From Chloroflexota bacterium (lineage in GTDB: Bacteria; Chloroflexota; UBA11872; UBA12225): a stretch of DNA of 64,000 nucleotides. The DNA is taken from contig DAOTTI010000137.1 in assembly GCA_034437795.1 (NCBI GenBank), forward strand, positions 496 to 64,495, in the 5' to 3' direction. Position numbers and translations under genes: made by a program. The notes beneath the pieces are model-generated. The model saw only the letters and a list, made by a program, of their open reading frames with translations. It had not been told where the DNA came from and did no database searches. Of the stretch, positions 44,915 to 52,413 are shown in pieces. The stretch's first letter is position 1. Every line of letters begins with the position of its first letter.

Positions 44915-45475
44915 ATGACTGCTGAAGTCATCCGCGGCCTGTTCGCCCTGGCCGGGTACATCGCCACCATCTTCGCCGCCAACTGGTTCGTCGCCCACGT
45001 GGGGACGGTGTGCGCCCCTGACGGGCCGTGCCTCATCCCTGTGGGTTTCGGGCTGATGGCCCCAAGCGGCGTGCTCTGGGTCGGGGCCGCCCTCTTCTTG
45101 CGCGACCTGGTGCAGGACGCGCTCGGGCGGCGGGCGACGGTGGTCGGCATCCTGCTTGGCGCGGCCCTGAGTACCTTTGCGGCGGGGCCGGCGCTGGCCG
45201 TGGCCAGCGGGGCGGCCTTTCTGCTCTCCGAGCTGGCCGATTTTCTGGTCTACACGCCCCTGCGCGAGCGTGGCCGGCACGTCCTGGCCGTGCTGAGCAG
45301 CGGCGTGGTGGGGAGCCTCGTCGACAGCGCCGTCTTCCTCTGGCTGGCCTTTGGCTCGCTGGCGTTCCTGGCGGCGCAGTTCGTGGGCAAGACGGAGGTC
45401 ACCGCCCTATGCGCCGCCCTGGTCTGGCTCTGGCGCCGGCGCGCGGCGGCCGCCCAGGTGGCGCCGGCCCGCTGA
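44915..45475 (+). CDS. VUT family (YhhQ/DUF165-like) transporter, putative queuosine-precursor transporter
   Basis: IATIFAANWFVAHVG..VPVGFGLMAPSGVLWVGAALFLRDLVQD..SELADFLVYTPLR. The start is ATG 44915 or GTG 44909. Confidence 0.7.
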   Translation: MTAEVIRGLFALAGYIATIFAANWFVAHVGTVCAPDGPCLIPVGFGLMAPSGVLWVGAALFLRDLVQDALGRRATVVGILLGAALSTFAAGPALAVASGAAFLLSELADFLVYTPLRERGRHVLAVLSSGVVGSLVDSAVFLWLAFGSLAFLAAQFVGKTEVTALCAALVWLWRRRAAAAQVAPAR

Positions 45476-45533
45476 CGAGGGGGCTCACCGTGCAGGCTCC
45501 CGCGCCACCGGACCACCCGTTGCAGGTCGCACG

Positions 45534-45576
45534 TTGAACTTTGCACTTTGCACTTTGAACTCTGAAGTCGTATTCC
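45534..45576 (+). promoter_or_regulatory. Five tandem heptamers (TTGAACT TTGCACT TTGCACT TTGAACT CTGAAGT) containing a candidate promoter TTGCAC-N17-TATTCC
   Basis: The heptamers span 45534-45568. TTGCAC is at 45548-45553 and TATTCC at 45571-45576. The ATG at 45582 lies only 5 nt after the -10-like hexamer, which would give a leaderless or near-leaderless mRNA. Confidence 0.35.
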
Positions 45577-45581
45577 GTGAC

Positions 45582-46994
45582 ATGAACTTCATCGTCATCG
45601 TCTCCGACAGCTTTCGGTACGACCACCTCGGCGCCGCGCAGAACGCCGCGAACGCCGCCAGCCCGCTCAACTCGGGGATCGGTGCTCCCCATACGCCCCA
45701 CCTCGACCGGCTGGCGGCTGAAGGGGTGCTGTTCGAGCGGGCGCACACGGGCTCCTACGCCACGGTGCCCAACCGCTACGAGCTGCTGACCGGCCGCTAC
45801 GTGTGCACCTACACGCGGGGCTGGGAGCCGCTGCCCAGGCATGAGGTGGTCCTGGCCCAGGTATTGGGCGAGGCCGGCTACACCTCGATGATGCTGGTCG
45901 ATACGCCGCACATCCTCAAGGATGGGTTCCACTTCGACCGCGGGTTCACCGCCTGGCAATGGTTCCGCGGCCAGGAAGGGGACCGGTTCATGACCGATCC
46001 GCTGGAGGTGCGCCTGCCCTGCGCTCCGGAAAAGCTGCGCAACCCCTTCACCACGATGGTGCAGTACCTGCGTAACGTGTCGCGCCGCCAGCGGGAGGAG
46101 GACTACTTCGCCCCGCAGACGCTGGGGGCCGCCATCCGCTGGCTGGAGGGGAACCACCGGCGAGAGAGGTTCTTTCTCTACATCGATACGTTCGACCCCC
46201 ACGAGCCGTGGGACCCGCCCCGCCACTACGTCGACCTGTACGATCCGGGGTATGACGGGGAGGAGGTGATCTACCCGGCCTACGGCCCGATCAATATCCT
46301 CAGCGAGCCCGAAGGCCGGCACTGCCGCGCGCTGTACGCCGGCGAGGTAACGATGGTCGACGCGTGGGTCGGGCGCCTGCTGGCGAAGGTGGACGAGCTG
46401 GGCCTGCGGGACACCACCGCCATCTTGTTCATCGCCGACCACGGCTTCATGCTCGGCGAGCAGGGCTGGATTGGCAAGGGGCGCTGCCCGCTCTACGAGC
46501 CGCTCAATCACGTCCCCCTGATCATGCGCGTGCCCGGCATCCAGGGCGGCCGGCGGCTGAGCGCCTACGCCCAGGCCGCCGACCTGATGCCCACCATCCT
46601 CGACCTCGCAGGCGTGCCTAATCCGGGCACCACCCACGGCAAGTCGCTCGTCCCCGTGCTGCGGGGCGAGCGGGACCACGTCCGCGAGGTGTGCGTCTCC
46701 ACCACGTCGCTGGCTCAGCGCATCGATCCCGGCACCGCCGCGGCCGGCGCGCTTCCGGCGGGGCTGCGCTCAATGATCCAGGTGCCGGGCTGGGCGATGC
46801 TCTACGGGCCGGGCGCGGAGCCGCAGCTCTTTGACATGGCGGCCGATCCGCGCCAGGAACGCAACCTGTGGCCGGCCCGGCACGATAAGGCGCGGGAGCT
46901 CTGGGCGGCGTACGTCGATTGGCTGCGCTCCGTGCAGACCCCCGAGCCGTTCCTGGCGCCGATTGCTGCCGACCCGCGTTTCGCCACGGCGTAG
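45582..46994 (+). CDS. Sulfatase / alkaline-phosphatase-superfamily hydrolase with Thr at the nucleophile position
   Basis: MNFIVIVSDSFRYDHLG..TPHLDRLAAEGVLFERAHTGSYATVPNRYELLTGRY. TVPNR aligns with the C/S-x-P-x-R motif. ..FIADHGFMLGE follows. Confidence 0.8.
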   Translation: MNFIVIVSDSFRYDHLGAAQNAANAASPLNSGIGAPHTPHLDRLAAEGVLFERAHTGSYATVPNRYELLTGRYVCTYTRGWEPLPRHEVVLAQVLGEAGYTSMMLVDTPHILKDGFHFDRGFTAWQWFRGQEGDRFMTDPLEVRLPCAPEKLRNPFTTMVQYLRNVSRRQREEDYFAPQTLGAAIRWLEGNHRRERFFLYIDTFDPHEPWDPPRHYVDLYDPGYDGEEVIYPAYGPINILSEPEGRHCRALYAGEVTMVDAWVGRLLAKVDELGLRDTTAILFIADHGFMLGEQGWIGKGRCPLYEPLNHVPLIMRVPGIQGGRRLSAYAQAADLMPTILDLAGVPNPGTTHGKSLVPVLRGERDHVREVCVSTTSLAQRIDPGTAAAGALPAGLRSMIQVPGWAMLYGPGAEPQLFDMAADPRQERNLWPARHDKARELWAAYVDWLRSVQTPEPFLAPIAADPRFATA

Positions 46995-47067
46995 GGCGTC
47001 CACTCGTTGAGCGCCCGCTGCGCCGGCCGCCACGTGGGATGGGGGCGTAGCGCGGAGTGTTGAGGGG

Positions 47068-47155
47068 CGGAGCCTTCACCCTGGCCTTCTCCCAGGGGGA
47101 GAGGGAACTACAAGGTGCCCTCACCCTAACCCTCCTCCTCTAGGAGAGGGAACGG
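47068..47155. repeat. Family-A hairpins (2 copies)
   Basis: GGAGCCTTCACCCTGGCCTTCTCCCAGGGGGAGAGGGAAC and GGTGCCCTCACCCTAACCCTCCTCCTCTAGGAGAGGGAAC. Confidence 0.85.
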
Positions 47156-47186
47156 AGAGCGAACCGAATGGACCGCGTCGTGGTAA

Positions 47187-47992
47187 TTGGAGGTGAACGG
47201 ATCGCCCCGTGGATGGCCGGCGAACCGCATAGGGCATGAGCCCGATGAGTTCGGGGACGTTGCGCTGGTGACGCAGGCGCAGCGGGGAGATGACGCCGCC
47301 TTCGAGCAACTGGTCCGGCGCTACCAGGACGCGGCCTTCCGCACCGCCTACCGCATCACCGGAGAGGCGCACAAGGCAGAGGACGCCGCCCAGGAGGCGT
47401 TCGTCAAGGCTTACTGCCACCTGGCGCGGTTTCGGACGGGCGCGCCCTTCGGGCCGTGGCTGCCGCGGATCGTCGTCAACGAGGCGCGCAACCGGCGCAC
47501 CGCCGCTAGCCGGCGCGCCGGCCTGGGCCAGCCGGTCTCGCTGGCGGATGCGCGGGCACGGGTGGCGTTCACGGTCCTGGTGCCCGACCTGCCGGAGCTG
47601 GCCTGCCGGAAGAGGTCTACGCCGGCACGGCGCCACCCGGCAGTCAGCTCACGCTCGTCTACCGCAGCCAGCCGGGTCTGCCACTGGCGGGAGAAACCGG
47701 CGCCGCCCTGCTCCTGACCTAGTTCCGCGGGCGCACCGACCCCGTCTTCCCGACCGAGGGGCTCGGGCCAGGGGCACGCCTGGAACAGATCACGATCGGT
47801 GGTGGCCGCGGCTACTGGATCGAGGGCCAGCCTCACCTCCTCTTCTACCAGGATGCGCACGGCCAGGTGCGGGACGACCGCGCCCGCCTGGCCGGCACCA
47901 GCCTGCTCTGGGAGCAGGGCAACCTCACCCTGCGCCCAGAGGGGACGCTGGCGAAGGAAGAGGCGCTACGCATCGCCGCATCCGTCCGGTGA
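47187..47992 (+). pseudogene. Relic fusion of an ECF sigma factor N-terminus (region 2 only) to an anti-sigma DUF4367-like C-terminal domain, with one frameshift and one in-frame TAG
   Basis: RGDDAAFEQLVRRYQDAAFRTAYRITGEAHKAEDAAQEAFVKAY..WLPRIVVNEARNRR runs directly into VSLADARARVAFTVLVPDLPEL. The reading frame switches at about 47600. TAG at 47720-47722 interrupts ..AALLLT*FRG... The relic ends ..GYWIEG..SLLWEQGNLTLRPEGTLAKEEALRIAASVR. No sigma region 4 and no anti-sigma TM segment are present. Confidence 0.6.
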
Positions 47993-48135
47993 CGACGGGT
48001 GCCCGCGGGGAGCATGCTTCTCTGATCCGCGCGGAACGGGGACCGTGGTGCGTGTGACACGGCGGGTGCGCGCCTGCGGGAAGCGTCGGGAACCGGCATC
48101 CTTCGCCGCTTGTAGTTACTGGCGGAGGTGCAGCG

Positions 48136-49398
48136 ATGCGTCTTGCACGGCGAGCCTGGATCGGGGTGGTCGGCGGGTCGCTCCTGGCGGCCTGCGCTCC
48201 CCAGGGCACACCCAGGGCGCCGGGCGACGGTCTCTTCGTGGCCACGACAGGTGGCCTGGTAGCGATTGGGGGCGGATACGGGCCGCAGGCGGTTCGCCCT
48301 GCCGGATGCGGTTCCATCACCCGACTGGTCTCAGCTCTTCATCAGCCGGACGGCTGGCGATACGACCCGGCTGGTCACCGTCGACGCGCGGACCGGCGCG
48401 GAGCAGGCGACAACCAAACTGGCCGGGGCGTTTGCCGCCAGGGTCGCGGCGGCGTCCGGCCGGCCGGTGGCGCTGGCGCCGACTGGAGCGGCTGGAGCCC
48501 ATGCCGGGCATCCCTGGCTGGCGGCCGGCCGCGAGCGGACTACGCTGGCCGTCGCCGATCCCAGCGGCCAGAGCCAGGCGCGCGACTTCGAGCATCAGGG
48601 CAACTACGAGCCGGAGGCGTTCTCTAACTCGGATGGCCAGGTGTTCACGATTGAGTATCTGCCGGCCGCGGTGCCGGACCGGTACCGCGTGTGCCAGCTT
48701 GACCTACGGACGGGGAAGGGGGGCCGCTGCCGACCCGCCTTACGACGGTGGTGGCCGTGGAGGAGATGCGAGGACAGAGCCGGATGCAGGTGCTGGCCCC
48801 CAGCCACACGACCCTGTACACGCTCTACACCAGGCAGGAGGACCATCTGCATGCGCGCGACCCGATCCAGGCCGGGGGCACCGGCCGGCCGCGCGAGGTG
48901 GCGCACGCCTTTGTGCTCCTCTTGAGCCTCAATGAGGGCTGGGTGTATTGCCTCGATCTACCGCTGCCCTTCGGCGCTGGTCCGGCGCAGGCGCACGCCG
49001 TCGCCATCTCCCGTGACGGCCGCCGCGTCTGCGTCGCCGATCAGTCCAGCGCAAGGGTCGCGGTGGCAGACACCGATAGCCTCACGGTGCGGCCGCGCAG
49101 CGCCGCGATCGACGTGGGGCCCAACGGGACGGTGTACCCGGCCAGCGTGGACGCCGTGGTGGCGATGACTGGCGCCGCCCTGGCCAGCGTGGGCGCCGGG
49201 CAGGGCGGGCAGAGGCGGTGGCCCGTGCCGGGCGTGGGCTGCGGTCTGCGCCTGAGCGAGGACGGGCGGCGCCTGTACGTCGGCCTGTCGGACCGCGTGG
49301 TGATCCTGGAGACGTCAACCGGCCGGCAGATCGGCCGGATCGACGTGCCGGAGATGGAGCGCGTGCTGCACGTCGGACGCGCCTCGCCCACCACGTAA
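48136..49398 (+). pseudogene. Lipoprotein with YVTN/beta-propeller-like repeats, interrupted by two compensating single-base frameshifts in G runs
   Basis: The lipobox is GGSLLAAC. The sensible frame moves at the G5 run 48268-48272 and returns at the G6 run 48718-48723. The C-terminal part reads ISRDGRRVCVADQSSARVAVADTDS and LSEDGRRLYVGLSDRVVILETSTGRQIGRIDVP. This could equally be an intact gene with assembly errors. Confidence 0.6.
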
Positions 49399-49568
49399 CG
49401 GTCTGGTCGCGCCTTGCCGGGCGGCCGCGCCCTGCCCAGCAGTTTGGACGCGCCTGGCCGGTGGGCTAACGGCGCGGGCGCTCGCGGGCCATATTGTCCG
49501 CCGGCGCGTTGTCGCCGCGCGGTGCTATGTCGAACTACCTGGCTGGCGCCGGCCGGTGTTGCGCGGGC

Positions 49569-50003
49569 CTACTCTATAATGATGGTTCCCTTCATCCCCG
49601 CCTGCTCGTGCCCTGGCTGAGCGCAGTAGAACTCATAACGCCCGGGCTGCGCGGCCGCAATGAACGTACCGCTGGCCGACTGCCCCGGGGCGGCCTCGAT
49701 TTTGGCGTCGGCCGTCTGGCCGCGCGTGTACAGGTCGTGCACCAGCACACCGGTGTTCCGCAGGCGGAGGGTGACCTTTTCGTTCGGCTTGACGCGGATC
49801 TCGGCCGGGGCAAAGCGAAACGAGTCGTCGCCCACAATCTGGATCGTCCGCGCCCCGCCGGCTGCTCCTGCCCTGCCGCCGCAGCCGGCCAGCAGCGCGG
49901 CCATGGCGGCAGCCGCACACAGCCCAACCGTCCGCCCCGTGAAGGCCTGGGCACACCGCAATCGCGTGCCGGCCACCACCAGCGGTGTGGCCTTGCGCTT
50001 CAT
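49569..50003 (-). CDS. Type-1 (blue) copper cupredoxin lipoprotein
   Basis: The lipobox is LLAGCGG. The Cu ligands are VLVHDL (His) and YCAQPGHEQAGM (Cys, His, Met). GAGGGGGAA precedes the ATG. Confidence 0.8.
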   Translation of the reverse strand: MKRKATPLVVAGTRLRCAQAFTGRTVGLCAAAAMAALLAGCGGRAGAAGGARTIQIVGDDSFRFAPAEIRVKPNEKVTLRLRNTGVLVHDLYTRGQTADAKIEAAPGQSASGTFIAAAQPGRYEFYCAQPGHEQAGMKGTIIIE

Positions 50004-50051
50004 GGCTCATTCCCCCTCGGTAAAGCCTATCTGACTTATGCGCCGCGGTGA

Positions 50052-50067
50052 TGTAAGACGGCTTACC
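50052..50067. promoter_or_regulatory. CRP/FNR-type palindrome TGTAA-N6-TTACC (copy 1) inside a 32-nt direct repeat
   Basis: ATGTAAGACGGCTTACCGACGCTGGGCACCCG spans 50051-50082, 48 nt upstream of the cupredoxin start on the other strand. Confidence 0.4.
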
Positions 50068-50123
50068 GACGCTGGGCACCCGACCTTAGAGATGACCGGC
50101 CACACGGGTGCCTGAAGTGGCAA

Positions 50124-50139
50124 TGTAAGACGCATTACC
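50124..50139. promoter_or_regulatory. CRP/FNR-type palindrome TGTAA-N6-TTACC (copy 2)
   Basis: ATGTAAGACGCATTACCGACGTGGGCACCCG spans 50123-50153. GACAAT at 50161-50166 lies 29.5 bp from the dyad centre, which matches class-II activator geometry. Confidence 0.4.
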
Positions 50140-50330
50140 GACGTGGGCACCCGTTGGGGAGACAATGCAGATGGGGCTGGAGGTCATGGCAGCCGCGCCA
50201 CGACGGCGACAGCATGAATGTGGAAGTACACGGTCAAAGGGACGGGCGCTGCGTCAGCCACGATATGCGGGGTTCCGGTGGGGTGGGCGTGGAACCATGC
50301 GGGCGTTGACGGACCGCCAGGGAAGCCAGC

Positions 50331-51113
50331 ATGAGGCTCAGGCAACTGTTGAATACCTGGGGTAAGGCGCGCCGGGGCGGGAGTTCCGGCCCGGCGGCCA
50401 CGGCGAGCGCCACCGCGGGCAACGGCGACCGGCGGAGCATTAAGGTGCGCTACCTCTCCGCGATCGATGACTTCTGCGATCTGTCGCCAGCCGAGCTGGA
50501 GCGCCTGGCGAAGACGACCACGATGATTACCTGCCCGCGCGGGCGGGTCATCTACCGCGCGGGCGATGCCGGCGATACGCTGTTCTTGCTCAAGGCGGGG
50601 CGGATCCAGATCGTACGGGAGACGGCCGACGGCAAACGGCTGGTCATCGCCGTCCTTGGCCCGGGGACGTTCTTCGGTGAGATGGTCCTCCTTGGCGAGC
50701 GCCTGCCCCGCGACTCGACGGCGGAGGCGCTGGAGGACGCCCTCATCTGCGTGATGAGCCGGCGCGACGTGGAGCAGCTCATTCTGGCGGATCCGAAAGT
50801 GGGGCTCCGTTTCCTGGAGCAGGTTGGGGCACGGCTGGCCGAAACGGAGGCCATGGTGGAAGAGTTCGCCTTCAAGGCCGTCCCCGCCCGGCTGGCCGGC
50901 GTGCTGCTCCGTCTGGCCGACACAGAAGGTGGCGACCCCGCCACCATCGAGGTCACCCACCAGGAGCTGGCCGACATGGTGGCGACCTACCGTGAGACGG
51001 TCACAGTGGTGCTGCACCAGTTCCGCCAGCGCGGCCTGGTCGAGCTGGGGCGGCGCGGTATCACCATCCTGGACCGCAAGGGCCTGGATGACCAGGCTGG
51101 AGCCGAGGCGTAA
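50331..51113 (+). CDS. Crp/Fnr family transcriptional regulator
   Basis: The cNMP-binding fold is DTLFLLKAGRIQIVRETADGKRLVIAVLGPGTFFGEM. The C-terminal HTH is THQELADMVATYRETVTVVLHQFRQRGLV. No N-terminal Cys cluster of the FNR type is seen. Confidence 0.85.
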   Translation: MRLRQLLNTWGKARRGGSSGPAATASATAGNGDRRSIKVRYLSAIDDFCDLSPAELERLAKTTTMITCPRGRVIYRAGDAGDTLFLLKAGRIQIVRETADGKRLVIAVLGPGTFFGEMVLLGERLPRDSTAEALEDALICVMSRRDVEQLILADPKVGLRFLEQVGARLAETEAMVEEFAFKAVPARLAGVLLRLADTEGGDPATIEVTHQELADMVATYRETVTVVLHQFRQRGLVELGRRGITILDRKGLDDQAGAEA

Positions 51114-51317
51114 TCTGCGGACGCATGCCGGCGTTCACGCCATCCCACCCCTACACCTGCGACCCTACCGGCACTGGCCGTGGGGGACGCTGTCGAGCGG
51201 GCATCTCCCCCCACACCAGCAAGCCTGCCGGCGCCGCCCCCTTCGTGATGTAGCTCACCGACATGCCGGGGCGCTGCCGGCACACTATACTGCCGCCACG
51301 CCCCACTGCTTGCCCGT

Positions 51318-52079
51318 ATGCTTCCTGGAGAGCACTCGCACCCGCTTCCTCAGGTGACGGTGGGCCGGCTCGCCGCCTGCGGGCGGCCGCTGGTGGCGGG
51401 CGCCCTTGCCGGCGTCCCCGGCGGGATCGTCTTCCTGGCGCTGACCGTCCTGCTGATACCCTCCGTGCTGCCAGCCGTCGGGTCACTGCTGGGCGCGCCG
51501 GGGCTGGGGTGGCTGGTGGAGCTGCTCTGCGGCGCCGTGATTGGCTCCGGCTTTGGCCTCTTGCTTGATGCGCGCGCCGGCGGCTGGATGAGCGCTGCCA
51601 GCCTCGGGGCAGCGTACGGCACCCTGTGGTGGATCGCTGGCTCGCTGCTGCTCATGCCGATCTGGCTCGGCGAGGGGCCACAGTTGGCCAGCGCTCTCTC
51701 CACGTCGCACCTACTGGGCCTGGCCTGTTACGTGACGTACGGTGTAGTCACGGGTATGGCGTTGCAGGCCTGTCGCGCTCTCAGATCCGGCGCCGCGGCG
51801 CGCCCGCAGCGCCTGGACGTCTACGTGGCCGCGCATTGCACGGGCTGCAGCGAGGCCTACCGGCTGGCGGCCGCGGTGGCGCGCCGCTTCCCGCGCCTCA
51901 GGGTCCGCGTGATCGACGTCGCACGGCCGGGGGGCGCCGAGCCGATCCCTGAGTGGCTCGTGGCGGTGCCGACGTACGCGCTCGACGGCGCCGTGATCTC
52001 CCTCGGCAATCCGGCACCGGAAGCGCTGTTCGCCCGGATTGAGGGACGCAGCAGGACGCGGACCCGCCGTGTACCCTAA
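51318..52079 (+). CDS. Fusion of a 4-5 TM membrane domain with a C-terminal thioredoxin-fold (CxxC) domain
   Basis: The TM region is IVFLALTVLLIPSVLPAV..WWIAGSLLLMPIWL... It is followed by LDVYVAAHCTGCSEAYRLAAAVARRFPRLRVRVIDV..AVPTYALDGAVISLGNP. Confidence 0.6.
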   Translation: MLPGEHSHPLPQVTVGRLAACGRPLVAGALAGVPGGIVFLALTVLLIPSVLPAVGSLLGAPGLGWLVELLCGAVIGSGFGLLLDARAGGWMSAASLGAAYGTLWWIAGSLLLMPIWLGEGPQLASALSTSHLLGLACYVTYGVVTGMALQACRALRSGAAARPQRLDVYVAAHCTGCSEAYRLAAAVARRFPRLRVRVIDVARPGGAEPIPEWLVAVPTYALDGAVISLGNPAPEALFARIEGRSRTRTRRVP

Positions 52080-52207
52080 CTTGGATTCCTGTGGCACTGG
52101 CCGGCCTTTGCATCCGGCATTGGTGCCCCAGAGGGACATGACCGAGCATTCGGGAGCGAAGCACTCACCCCGGCTCAGGGTGCCCGCTGGAGGCGAGAGC
52201 TGGCAGT

Positions 52208-52256
52208 GGCGAGTAGCGAGTGCCGAGTAGCGAGTAGCGAGTGCCGAGTAGCGAGA
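52208..52256. repeat. Heptamer microsatellite (GCGAGTA/GCGAGTG/CCGAGTA), about 7 units
   Basis: GGCGAGTAGCGAGTGCCGAGTAGCGAGTAGCGAGTGCCGAGTAGCGAGAAG. Confidence 0.85.
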
Positions 52257-52413
52257 AGAGAGGCCTGGCCCGGGGTTCCCGCCAGAGGCGGGACGACCAA
52301 AGGGAGAGGGAAGCGGTTGCCGGCTGTGAGGAAGCCAGGTTAGCGCCGCCGGTGAAACGCTGGCTATTGACGCTGGCCATTGACAAGGAATCCGGGGAAG
52401 CAAAGGAGGTCCT

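Noticed and set aside
50165-50365. The small ORF 50165..50365 between the CRP-like sites and the Crp/Fnr gene.
   Set aside because: It has no RBS and poor composition. It overlaps the regulator start in another frame. It is more simply a 5' UTR.
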